NCBI GenBank assembly: GCA_947496065.1
Contig: CANMBF010000001.1
Location: forward strand, 5,443 to 69,442
Direction: 5' to 3'
DNA: 64,000 nucleotides
Source: Bacteroidota bacterium
GTDB lineage: Bacteria; Bacteroidota; Bacteroidia; NS11-12g; UBA955
Positions 53,529 through 62,880 of this stretch are shown in pieces (positions within the stretch are counted from its first letter, which is position 1; the number at the start of each line of letters is the position of its first letter). Under the pieces are notes generated by a model that was not told the DNA's origin, did no database searches, and was given only the letters and a program-made list of their open reading frames with translations. Both the position numbers and the translations under genes were made by a program.

Positions 53529-53536
53529 TATCTTTG
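53529..53536 (+). promoter_or_regulatory. -7 promoter box TATCTTTG, 5 nt upstream of the M16 peptidase GTG
   Basis: TATCTTTG-caatt-GTG. Confidence 0.5.
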
Positions 53537-53541
53537 CAATT

Positions 53542-54780
53542 GTGATTAATTATAACATCCACAGCCTTTCCAACGGATTGACACTTATTCATCATTTGGA
53601 TTCAAGTACGAATTTATGTGTTACAAATTTGCTTTACAATGTAGGTGCAAGGGATGAAAATGAGAATAAAACTGGATTTGCCCATTTATTTGAACACTTA
53701 ATGTTTGGCGGGTCAATTAATATTCCTTCGTTTGACACCCCATTGCAGCTTGCTAGTGGCGAAAACAATGCTTTTACAAATAATGACATCACTAATTATT
53801 ACATCACATTGCCTTCAGAAAACATCGAAACGGCATTGTGGCTTGAGAGTGATAGAATGTTGCGACTCGATTTTTCGGAAAAATCATTAAGTACCCAAAA
53901 GGGGGTCGTAATTGAAGAGTTTAAACAACGGTATTTAAATCAGCCTTATGGCGATGCATGGCTTCATTTAAGACCACTTGCCTATACCAAACACCCTTAC
54001 CAATGGGCAACCATAGGTAAAGAAATTAGCCATGTAGAAAATGCTGAATTAACTGACGTTATTCATTTTTTTGAAACATTTTACAACCCCTCAAATGCTA
54101 TTTTATGCTTAGCTGGTAATATTTCGTTTGAAAAGGCAATAGCGTTAACCGAAAAATGGTTTGACGATATACCTGCAGGTCAAAAAAATTCTAATTTATA
54201 TCCTGCAGAACCTAAACAAATGGAGCGCAGAGAACAGACCATAGAAGCCGATGTTCCACAAAAATCAATCTATTTAGCCTTTCACATGGTAGATAGAATT
54301 CATCCACTGTATTATGCTTTTGATTTATTAAGTGATATTTTATCGCGATCAGAGTCTTCAAGATTTACAAAAATCCTAGTTAAGGAAAGTGGATTGTTTA
54401 ACAATGTTGAAGCATATGTTACAGGTGATATCAATGCAGGATTATTCGTGGTTGAGGGAAAATTAACGAAAGATACAAGTTTTGAGACTGCGGAATTGGG
54501 CATCCTTAAAATTTTAGAGGAAATGGTTGAAGAAGGTTTGGCTGATAGTGAGCTAGAAAAAGTAAAAAACAAAGCCCTTACAAGCAACTTGTTTGGGAAA
54601 ACATCGGTCTTGAATAAAGCAATGTCCATATGCTATGGTTACAATATTGGTCAAGTAAATTTAATAAATGATGAAACATCCATTATAAAAGCAATTACGA
54701 CCTCTGATATTGAAACAATTTGCAAGGATTATTTGCTTAAAGGTAATCATAGTGTTCTTAAATACCAACCCAAAATATGA
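53542..54780 (+). CDS. M16-family zinc peptidase (insulinase/pitrilysin-like), active subunit
   Basis: 412 aa from GTG 53542 (INYNIHSLSNGL...). It has the inverted zinc motif HLFEHLMFGG. The track ORF start at 53275 would overlap the divergent ACMSD gene. Confidence 0.8.
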   Translation: MINYNIHSLSNGLTLIHHLDSSTNLCVTNLLYNVGARDENENKTGFAHLFEHLMFGGSINIPSFDTPLQLASGENNAFTNNDITNYYITLPSENIETALWLESDRMLRLDFSEKSLSTQKGVVIEEFKQRYLNQPYGDAWLHLRPLAYTKHPYQWATIGKEISHVENAELTDVIHFFETFYNPSNAILCLAGNISFEKAIALTEKWFDDIPAGQKNSNLYPAEPKQMERREQTIEADVPQKSIYLAFHMVDRIHPLYYAFDLLSDILSRSESSRFTKILVKESGLFNNVEAYVTGDINAGLFVVEGKLTKDTSFETAELGILKILEEMVEEGLADSELEKVKNKALTSNLFGKTSVLNKAMSICYGYNIGQVNLINDETSIIKAITTSDIETICKDYLLKGNHSVLKYQPKI

Positions 54781-56024
54781 TCAATAGAGCCGTAGCCCCT
54801 AATATTTCTGTTATTTCAGAAATAAAAACATATTTTCCTGAGAGTGACAATAATTTGTTTAAGATTCATAGTGAGGAAGGTGTATTTAAACTTGATATTA
54901 TTTATCCAGATGCGGGTCAAGTGAATGGTAGAAATAAATTTGCTATTGCAATGGCAATAAACTTATTACTTGCTGGCGATTCTAATAAAAAAGCTGATGA
55001 AATCGCTGAAAACATTGATGCGCTGGGTGGTTTTGTTTTTAAATCCTCTGATTTTTACAATGCTAGCATTACCATTTATGGCTTAAATGAATACATTAAT
55101 GAAACCTTACAAATTGTTAAAAACGCGATTGATACAGCAAATTATCCTCAATATGAAATTGACATTTACAAGCGCAATCGCTTAAGCGAACTTGAAATTA
55201 ACAAACAAAAAACATCCTATCTAGCTGGTAAGGGTATTCATAAAATATTATTAGGTGCCGAACACGATATTAGTTTCGAAACCACTGAAGATATTATACA
55301 TTTAACCAAAAGAGAAGATCTGATTGAATTTAAAACCAAGCATTTAAATTCACCCTATTTCATTTTTACAGGAGCCACAGTTACGCCTATTGAAGAAATT
55401 CTTAGCCAAAATAATTTCAAAATAACTACACATCGCTATCAACCACATATTGATATGCCTATAAACAATAGCGGGGAGAAAAACCTTTTTATTAGTAAAA
55501 GTGCTACACAGAACTCTATCCGTTATGGTGCAGTATGGCCAAAAAGAGGCCATCAAGATTATTTTAAACTCTCTTTGTTAAACCTGATTCTAGGCGGGTA
55601 CTTTGGTTCGCGATTAATGAAGAATATAAGAGAGGACAAGGGTTTAACTTATGGCATTCAAAGTTCATTAACCCCCTATAATGATTTTAGCTTATTTAAA
55701 ATTTCTTGCGAATATAATTCAAAGTTTACCAAGGAGTTACAATTTGAATTAGATCTAGAAATCAACCGTTTAAAAACCGAATTAGTAGATCATTCGGAAT
55801 TAATCACAGCCAAAAATTACTTATTAGGTGCCATGTTAAGAAGCTTTGATGGCGCATTCCCAGTTTCAGAAAAGTTCAAACAATTTCAGGATTCAAATCT
55901 TCAAAAAGACTACTATCAAAGCTATTTTCAAGCTATAAATGAAACTAGTAGCGAAGACATTAAGGAGGTTGCAAACAATTATTTAAAAGAAAATACGTTA
56001 ACATATTGCATTGCTGGTGTTTAG
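54777..56024 (+). CDS. M16-family peptidase homologue lacking the HxxEH motif (non-catalytic partner)
   Basis: 415 aa with a 4-nt overlap on the upstream M16 gene. The C-terminal-domain block LGG.F.SRL...RE.KGLTYG is present, and I saw no HxxEH. Confidence 0.7.
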   Translation: MINRAVAPNISVISEIKTYFPESDNNLFKIHSEEGVFKLDIIYPDAGQVNGRNKFAIAMAINLLLAGDSNKKADEIAENIDALGGFVFKSSDFYNASITIYGLNEYINETLQIVKNAIDTANYPQYEIDIYKRNRLSELEINKQKTSYLAGKGIHKILLGAEHDISFETTEDIIHLTKREDLIEFKTKHLNSPYFIFTGATVTPIEEILSQNNFKITTHRYQPHIDMPINNSGEKNLFISKSATQNSIRYGAVWPKRGHQDYFKLSLLNLILGGYFGSRLMKNIREDKGLTYGIQSSLTPYNDFSLFKISCEYNSKFTKELQFELDLEINRLKTELVDHSELITAKNYLLGAMLRSFDGAFPVSEKFKQFQDSNLQKDYYQSYFQAINETSSEDIKEVANNYLKENTLTYCIAGV

Positions 56025-57807
56025 GAAAATACAATATATTGCATTATTCGTTATATTAGTTGCTTTTTTGCAGTTGAAAGGATTTGCTGTAGAAGGTGGC
56101 ATTAAGATGCGAAGAGCGTGTTTAAATAAAGGTGACTCCACCGTGACATTGCTGTGGTTCAAGCCTACAGATAACTGCAATACCTTTACTTCTTTTAGTA
56201 TATATGGTCGCGAAGATGCTTTAAGTGTTTTTAAGTACCTTGGTGGTTCCACAAATTTTAGTTTAAATTCTACTCAAACTAAAATAAACAATCAAAAAAA
56301 CTGGGAATTCTACTTAGTTTATTCAAAAGCATGCAATGGAACCGATAGTATTTATAGTGATACCTTAATAATTGATGACCAACAGCCCTTCAATAGTAGC
56401 ATTGACTCAGTAAGTGTTGAATTAGTTTCTCAAAAAACTATCATTGGTTGGTCGAAAAGTGCAAGCAATGATGTTGCTGGATATATCATCTACAATTATA
56501 CCGGAAACACTTTTGTAAGTTTTGATAACACCAAAGGAACACAATCAAAAGATACAGACCCTAGCAGAGATCCAAGTAAAAAGCATTACGATTATAGCAT
56601 AGCGGCCTATGATAGTTGCGGAAATCTCTCTTTAATAAGCTCTACACACGCAACAATGGTACTTTCAAATAAATATTCTGAGTGTTCGCGAAGCATTGAT
56701 TTAACATGGGAGGCATACACTGGTTGGGGCGTTAACAACATCGAGAACTACACTGTCTATATGAATTTAAACAATACTGGTTATGTGCCAATAGTCACCA
56801 TTAATGGCAATGTAAGCAGGAAATTTACATATAATTTTACACATTTTGGCGACACTTATTGTTTTTATGTACGGGCTAAAAAAACAGGTCAAAATATAAC
56901 TTCAAGTTCTAATATTAGTTGTTTAGGCACTTATTCAATTATCGAACCTAGCAAATCCTATATTGCAAAAGCGTCTGTGGAACTAGAAAATGTTGAGATG
57001 ACATTTGTAACTCAGGTTGGCACGTCATTGACAAAAATAAATATTTACAAAGCCGAAGACAACAATGGTTTCTCATTATGGAAAACCATCAATACATCGG
57101 GCGGAACGCTTAATATAATAGATAATCAAGTTAAGGTTCATAATAAAAATTATTCGTACTACTTTACCACCGAAGGAAATTGTATCAACTTAATCTTTGA
57201 CAGTTCACAAATATGCAAAACGATTCTTCTAAAACTTAATATGCAAGCCCTTGGAAGCCAAAATTTAGCTTGGAATAATTACACTTTATTTAAGAAAAAC
57301 ACAGAAAAACAAGAATTACTCCTAACGAATACACCAAACGCTAGCAAAAGTTCCCCGTGGAACACCATAAATACCTTTAATCCAAATATTATTATTGCCA
57401 ACGATCAAAGTATGTTTAGTACAACAATGCAACAGCTATGTTATTGTATCAGGGCTATAGAAAATCCTATCAATCAGTTCTACAAGCGGCAAGATACCAG
57501 TTATAGCAATATTGAATGTGTAACCGCAGACCCTATTGTATATTTTCCTAATGCAATACAGATAAATGGATTCAATACGGTATTTTATCCTGAAGGTGTA
57601 TTCTTAGATTATACCAGAAGCTCTTTTCAAATATTTAATCGCTGGGGCCAACTATTATTCGAAACCAATGACATAAAAGGTGGCTGGGATGGCAAATTAA
57701 TTGATGGAGAATATGTGGAAGAAGATATTTACGCCTATAGTGCAACGATTATTGGCATTAATGGAAAAGAATTAAATTTTTATGGAACAGTCACTGTACT
57801 TAAATAA
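56011..57807 (+). CDS. Secreted protein with FN3-like repeats and a T9SS type-B (gliding-motility-associated) C-terminal domain
   Basis: 598 aa with a TTG start and a hydrophobic N-terminus. The C-terminus is FPNA...NG.N..F.P.G.......F.IFNRWGQLLFE......GWDG...G......D.Y.Y...........G.VTVLK. Confidence 0.7.
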   Translation: MLVFRKIQYIALFVILVAFLQLKGFAVEGGIKMRRACLNKGDSTVTLLWFKPTDNCNTFTSFSIYGREDALSVFKYLGGSTNFSLNSTQTKINNQKNWEFYLVYSKACNGTDSIYSDTLIIDDQQPFNSSIDSVSVELVSQKTIIGWSKSASNDVAGYIIYNYTGNTFVSFDNTKGTQSKDTDPSRDPSKKHYDYSIAAYDSCGNLSLISSTHATMVLSNKYSECSRSIDLTWEAYTGWGVNNIENYTVYMNLNNTGYVPIVTINGNVSRKFTYNFTHFGDTYCFYVRAKKTGQNITSSSNISCLGTYSIIEPSKSYIAKASVELENVEMTFVTQVGTSLTKINIYKAEDNNGFSLWKTINTSGGTLNIIDNQVKVHNKNYSYYFTTEGNCINLIFDSSQICKTILLKLNMQALGSQNLAWNNYTLFKKNTEKQELLLTNTPNASKSSPWNTINTFNPNIIIANDQSMFSTTMQQLCYCIRAIENPINQFYKRQDTSYSNIECVTADPIVYFPNAIQINGFNTVFYPEGVFLDYTRSSFQIFNRWGQLLFETNDIKGGWDGKLIDGEYVEEDIYAYSATIIGINGKELNFYGTVTVLK

Positions 57808-58237
57808 TATATTGATTTATGGCAACAAGAACATACTTAAAGGTAAGATAACTGCCATAAAAAGAATTTTAAGCAAAATAGCAAAAGATCATAAATTATC
57901 AATAGCCAGTATAGAAATCAATTTGGTTTCAGACAATCAACTTCTCGAAATAAACAAATTATCTCTTAATCACGACTATTATACAGACATTATAACATTT
58001 GATTACACAGAAAGAAAAGACATCAATGGCGATATATATATTAGTCTTGACAGGATTAGAGAAAATGCAAAAACATACAACAATTCACCATATGAAGAAT
58101 TGCTAAGGGTAATGTGTCACGGAGTCTTGCATTTATGCGGATACAAAGATAAAAGTAAAATTGATAAAAAACAGATGACCGCAATGGAAAACAAATACTT
58201 AGAAATTTATAAAAACCAGTTCCACGTGGAACATTAA
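57782..58237 (+). CDS. ybeY: rRNA maturation endoribonuclease YbeY
   Basis: 151 aa. The zinc motif is HGVLHLCGYKD. The start is uncertain: ATG 57782 overlaps the upstream gene by 26 nt, and the alternative is TTG 57812. Confidence 0.8.
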   Translation: MEQSLYLNNILIYGNKNILKGKITAIKRILSKIAKDHKLSIASIEINLVSDNQLLEINKLSLNHDYYTDIITFDYTERKDINGDIYISLDRIRENAKTYNNSPYEELLRVMCHGVLHLCGYKDKSKIDKKQMTAMENKYLEIYKNQFHVEH

Positions 58238-58240
58238 AAG

Positions 58241-60097
58241 ATGTACTTAGATAAATATGATATAATAGTGGTAGGTGCCGGTCATGCTGGATGTGAAGCA
58301 GCGCATGCCGCCGCTACCATGGGGTCAAAAGTCTTAATTGTAACCATGAACATGGAAACAATCGCTAAGATGAGTTGTAATCCGGCCATGGGTGGGGTGG
58401 CCAAAGGACAAATCATCAGGGAGATTGATGCATTGGGTGGTATGTCAGGAATCATTACTGATTTAACAATGCTTCAATTTCGGATGTTAAATAGATCTAA
58501 AGGTGCTGCTATGTGGAGCCCAAGAGCACAATCAGATAGAATGAGGTTCTCTGAGGAATGGCGATTGAGATTAGAACAAAATTTAAATATAGACTTTCTT
58601 CAAGATAGTGTAGTCAATGTAATGTTCGAAAACAACACAGCAACTGCTGTAGTGACGAGTTTAGGATATACTATCAAAACTAGAAGTATTATATTGACCA
58701 GTGGTACTTTTCTAAATGGTTTAATACATATCGGCGAGAAACACTTCGGCGGAGGAAGAATGGCAGAAAAAAACAGCCAAGGCATTACAGAGTGTTTAGA
58801 GATGGCTGGATTTGAATCTGGAAGAATGAAGACAGGCACTCCTCCAAGGGTTGATGGTCGAAGTTTGAACTACCAAAAAATGGAAAGACAAGAAGGTGAT
58901 ACAGATGGCAATAAATTTTCATTTTCGAAAGAGACCAGCCCTTTAAGAAAACAATTGCCCTGCTATATCACCTACACAAACAATGCAGTTCATGACATTC
59001 TGAGAGAAGGATTTGATAAGTCGCCAATGTTTAATGGCAGCATCAAAGGTTTAGGGCCTAGATATTGTCCATCAATCGAAGATAAAATTAACAGATTTGC
59101 TGAAAGAGATAGACACCAAATATTTGTTGAACCCGAAGGATGGAAAACTGTTGAAATGTATATCAATGGATTTTCGACTTCACTACCAGAAGATATACAA
59201 TTCAAAGCAATCAGACAAATAGCTGGCTTTGAAAACGCAAAAATATTTCGCCCAGGATATGCAATAGAATACGATTACTTTCCACCAACCCAATTAAAGC
59301 AGACACTAGAAACCAAGCTAATTGATAATTTATACTTTGCAGGACAAATTAATGGTACGACAGGATATGAAGAAGCGGCATGCCAAGGTTTAATGGCTGG
59401 GATCAATGCCCATTTAAAAAACAACGGTAAGGACCCATTTATACTTTCGCGTTCTGAAGCTTATATAGGCGTTCTAATAGATGATTTAATTAACAAAGGT
59501 ACTGATGAGCCCTACAGGATGTTTACCTCTAGAGCAGAATTTAGAATATTGCTAAGACAAGATAACGCTGACTCAAGGCTTACGAGAATTGGCAACGCTA
59601 TTGGATTAGCCTCAGAAGAAAGATTGAATGACTTAACAAAGAAAGAAGAATCAATATTCAAACTTAAAAATTATATTGAAGACTATTCTATTGAACCTGA
59701 TTTGATTAATCCTAAACTAATAGACATGGGTACAACGGAAATATCGCAGAAAATAAAGTTAGACAAAATATTAAACAGACCACAAATCGATATAAATACT
59801 TTATTAAACATTATACCTGAACTTAATACATACGAAACTGAAATTTTAGAAGAAGTTGAGATCTTGATTAAATATAGCGGATATATAGAAAAAGAAAAGC
59901 TCTTGGCAGAGAAATTGATTAGATTAGATAAGATGAAAATAAATACGAACTTTGACTATCTATCAATTACATCTCTTTCTAAAGAAAGTAGAGAAAAATT
60001 AAGTAAGCAAAAACCAGAAAGTATCGGACAAGCCTCTAGAATAAGTGGTGTATCTCCTGCCGATGTATCAATATTGCTAGTGCATTTAGGAAGATGA
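58241..60097 (+). CDS. mnmG: tRNA uridine 5-carboxymethylaminomethyl modification enzyme MnmG (GidA)
   Basis: 618 aa. It has the FAD motif DIIVVGAGHAGCEAA, then SCNPA.GG.AKG...REIDALGG, GPRYCPSIEDK, FAGQINGT.GYEEAA.QG. Confidence 0.93.
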   Translation: MYLDKYDIIVVGAGHAGCEAAHAAATMGSKVLIVTMNMETIAKMSCNPAMGGVAKGQIIREIDALGGMSGIITDLTMLQFRMLNRSKGAAMWSPRAQSDRMRFSEEWRLRLEQNLNIDFLQDSVVNVMFENNTATAVVTSLGYTIKTRSIILTSGTFLNGLIHIGEKHFGGGRMAEKNSQGITECLEMAGFESGRMKTGTPPRVDGRSLNYQKMERQEGDTDGNKFSFSKETSPLRKQLPCYITYTNNAVHDILREGFDKSPMFNGSIKGLGPRYCPSIEDKINRFAERDRHQIFVEPEGWKTVEMYINGFSTSLPEDIQFKAIRQIAGFENAKIFRPGYAIEYDYFPPTQLKQTLETKLIDNLYFAGQINGTTGYEEAACQGLMAGINAHLKNNGKDPFILSRSEAYIGVLIDDLINKGTDEPYRMFTSRAEFRILLRQDNADSRLTRIGNAIGLASEERLNDLTKKEESIFKLKNYIEDYSIEPDLINPKLIDMGTTEISQKIKLDKILNRPQIDINTLLNIIPELNTYETEILEEVEILIKYSGYIEKEKLLAEKLIRLDKMKINTNFDYLSITSLSKESREKLSKQKPESIGQASRISGVSPADVSILLVHLGR

Positions 60098-61452
60098 AGT
60101 ATATAACAAACTTTTTTATAATCATACTACTGTGTAGTTGTGCGAACATGGTAGTTCCAACTGGCGGGAAGAAAGATGAAAAAATTCCAACGTTACAATC
60201 AACCAATTTACAAAAAATTAACTTTAAGGAAACTTTAATAAAACTTCAATTTGATGAATACATAACGATTCACGAACCCACACAAAGTATTACCATTCAA
60301 CCGAATCACACAACTTTTAAAACAGAGGTAGTTAATAAGGCTGTTTACATCAAATTAGACAGTAATTTACACGATAACACAACATATACTTTAAATATTG
60401 ATAACGGAATTAAGGACTTAAACGAAAACAATAGCTACAATTTTTGTTATTCATTTGCAACTGGTGGTAATATTGATACAAATTATACTGAATATGTAAT
60501 TGATAACTTTAATAAGTATAAAAATTTAAAAATAGGGTTAACACTACAACAAGTTGATTCTATAGAATTATTAAAATTCGACTATTTGTATAGTATAAAA
60601 ACAGGTTCCGTGCGAATTGACGGTTTAAACCATCTTCCTTATAAAATATGGATATTTACAGATAAAAATTCTGACAAAATACCGGATTTATATTGTCCAA
60701 TTTATTATGATACCATCGCCATAAATAGTAGTCATAAAATTGAACTTAATAATTGGATAAATTTTAGTAATGAAAAAGTAAAGCTTTATAATACTTTTAC
60801 TAAGATTTATAAACCCATTTCAAACATTGAATCATATGGAAAGAAAAATATTTATTACATCGATCAAGATTCTGCCCTTTTCCTAAATAAAAATTCTGAT
60901 ACATTGCCTAAACTAAATTTAATAAAAGAAATTAATGATAAAATAAATAGTAATATTAAGGCTATTAATACCGGTAAAGATTATATCATAATTATTGATA
61001 AATGCGGTTTTATAAATCTAAAATTAAAAGAAAAATATAACTATACAGAGGATGGTAATTACATCTATATTGAATCTAAAACAAGGCTTGATTCTATTGG
61101 TTTTAAATTTGAAGCAAACCAAGATTCTTTTAGTTTCTATACAGTAGTTAAATATTATATAGAATCAAATAAGTTATCTTTATTAAAAATAAATAAAATA
61201 CAAAAAAATAATACATTGATTATGGTAATGTTTAAAGATGAAAAAAAAATATTTAATAAAAAAATAGTATTAAATAAAGACCAAAAATTTTACTTATATC
61301 CTGGTAAGTATTATGTTGAATTTTATAAGACGGAATACTATGAAGAACTAAGTTTTAACTTACAAAAATTAAAAAGAAGTTCTACCCCTATAATTAAACA
61401 GGAAATTATATTAAAACCTAATTGGGACGAGGTTTTACAGCTTTTATTTTAA
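60094..61452 (+). CDS. Hypothetical lipoprotein (Ig-like N-terminal domain, very AT-rich Lys/Asn/Ile-rich C-terminal half)
   Basis: 452 aa. It has a lipobox-like IILLCS|C. The N-terminal ~120 aa resemble SbsA-type Ig-like domains (P....ST......F.E.....FDEYI). It overlaps mnmG by 4 nt. Confidence 0.55.
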   Translation: MKYITNFFIIILLCSCANMVVPTGGKKDEKIPTLQSTNLQKINFKETLIKLQFDEYITIHEPTQSITIQPNHTTFKTEVVNKAVYIKLDSNLHDNTTYTLNIDNGIKDLNENNSYNFCYSFATGGNIDTNYTEYVIDNFNKYKNLKIGLTLQQVDSIELLKFDYLYSIKTGSVRIDGLNHLPYKIWIFTDKNSDKIPDLYCPIYYDTIAINSSHKIELNNWINFSNEKVKLYNTFTKIYKPISNIESYGKKNIYYIDQDSALFLNKNSDTLPKLNLIKEINDKINSNIKAINTGKDYIIIIDKCGFINLKLKEKYNYTEDGNYIYIESKTRLDSIGFKFEANQDSFSFYTVVKYYIESNKLSLLKINKIQKNNTLIMVMFKDEKKIFNKKIVLNKDQKFYLYPGKYYVEFYKTEYYEELSFNLQKLKRSSTPIIKQEIILKPNWDEVLQLLF

Positions 61453-61854
61453 TAAAGAAATTAACATAGTTAACAACACTGTTGCGTGTAAATATTAATA
61501 AAACAGTATAACCATTTATATCATATTTTTTAGTCTAATAACTTCTAAAAAATATGGATAAACTAAGTCTAACTTAAACATTATAACCAAAAGTAATAAT
61601 TCATTAATTTTAAATTAACATACATATTTAAATGTTAATAATATAGTAAAAAATATAGTAATACCAACGTTTTTAATAGAGTCGTAATAAGTCAATAGAT
61701 TGATAGTAAAAATATTTAACCTGTTTTTATAAATTAATTTTACTAAGTTATCACGATATCAACAGCCCTGTATTATTACTATATATTTTTTTGAATAATT
61801 ATAATACAATATTGGGAGTGGAAAACCGTATGATTGAAATACTGAAATTTGAAA

Positions 61855-61862
61855 TACTTTTG
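61855..61862 (+). promoter_or_regulatory. -7 promoter box TACTTTTG, 4 nt upstream of the pheS ATG
   Basis: TACTTTTG-tacc-ATG. Confidence 0.5.
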
Positions 61863-61866
61863 TACC

Positions 61867-62880
61867 ATGATTGAAAAGATAAATCATTTGAAAGAAAAAA
61901 TACAAACGTTTAATATTTCTAATTCTGAAACATTAGAAAATTACCGTTTAAAGTTCCTTTCAAAAAAAGGGGAACTTACAGAATTATTTGAGGCGTTTAA
62001 ATTAATTTCTGGCGCGGAAAAAAAATATATAGGGCAACAGTTAAATACCGTTCGCCAAGAAATAGAATCTAAATTTAATGAGGCTAAGGAAAAATTTTCA
62101 TCAGCTAATAAAAAATTAAATTTAATTAGTGATTTAACATTACCAGGATCAGCGTACAAAATTGGCAGCGCACATCCTATCACCAATGTTAAAAATGAAA
62201 TACTTCAAATATTTGAATCGATAGGATTTACTGTAGCAAAAGGACCAGAAGTTGAAGATGATTGGCATAATTTTTCAGCTTTAAATTTTCCAGAGAACCA
62301 CCCAGCACGGGATATGCAGGATACATTTTTTATTGATAGTTCAAGCGAAGAGAAATATGCTCTAAGAACCCATACCAGTAGCGTACAAGTTCGTTTAATG
62401 GAAACTACAAAACCACCGATTCGATCATTAATGCCAGGCAGAGTATACAGAAATGAGGCGATTTCAGCCCGTTCTAACTGTTTTTTTCATCAAGTGGAGG
62501 GTTTATATATAGACGAGGCAGTTAGTTTCGCAGATTTAAAAAAAACCTTATATTATTTTGTGTCACAATTTTTTGGTGAACGTGAAATACGCTTCCGTCC
62601 TTCTTATTTTCCATTCACTGAGCCAAGCGCTGAAATGGATATTTATTTAGGTACTGCAACCGAACAAGATTATAGATTAACCAAAGGCACTGGTTGGTTA
62701 GAAATTTTAGGATGCGGCATGGTTGATCCTAATGTTTTAATTAATTGTAAAATTGATCCTGAAAAATTTTCTGGCTATGCCTTTGGTATGGGAATAGATA
62801 GAATTACCATGTTAAAATATGGAATAAAAGATATCAGACAAATGTTTGAAAATGATATTCGATTTTTAGAACAATTTTAA
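61867..62880 (+). CDS. pheS: Phenylalanine--tRNA ligase alpha subunit
   Basis: 337 aa from ATG 61867. It has HP.......I..IF...GF, RTHTS.VQ.R.M, the class II motifs R.YR.E..SAR....FHQ.EG and [14 protein letters not shown], then GCGMV.P.VL......D.....G.AFGMG.DR..M. Confidence 0.92.
   Translation: MIEKINHLKEKIQTFNISNSETLENYRLKFLSKKGELTELFEAFKLISGAEKKYIGQQLNTVRQEIESKFNEAKEKFSSANKKLNLISDLTLPGSAYKIGSAHPITNVKNEILQIFESIGFTVAKGPEVEDDWHNFSALNFPENHPARDMQDTFFIDSSSEEKYALRTHTSSVQVRLMETTKPPIRSLMPGRVYRNEAISARSNCFFHQVEGLYIDEAVSFADLKKTLYYFVSQFFGEREIRFRPSYFPFTEPSAEMDIYLGTATEQDYRLTKGTGWLEILGCGMVDPNVLINCKIDPEKFSGYAFGMGIDRITMLKYGIKDIRQMFENDIRFLEQF

Noticed and set aside
61830-61874. A possible leader peptide or attenuator upstream of pheS: a 14-codon u[17 protein letters not shown], whose first 10 nt (ATGATTGAAA) duplicate the pheS start
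   Set aside because: It has only one Phe codon, so it is not a Phe-rich leader. The best promoter (-7 box at 61855-61862) lies inside it, so it would not be on the pheS transcript. I saw no terminator/antiterminator structure. The duplicated 10-mer is probably chance in AT-rich DNA.
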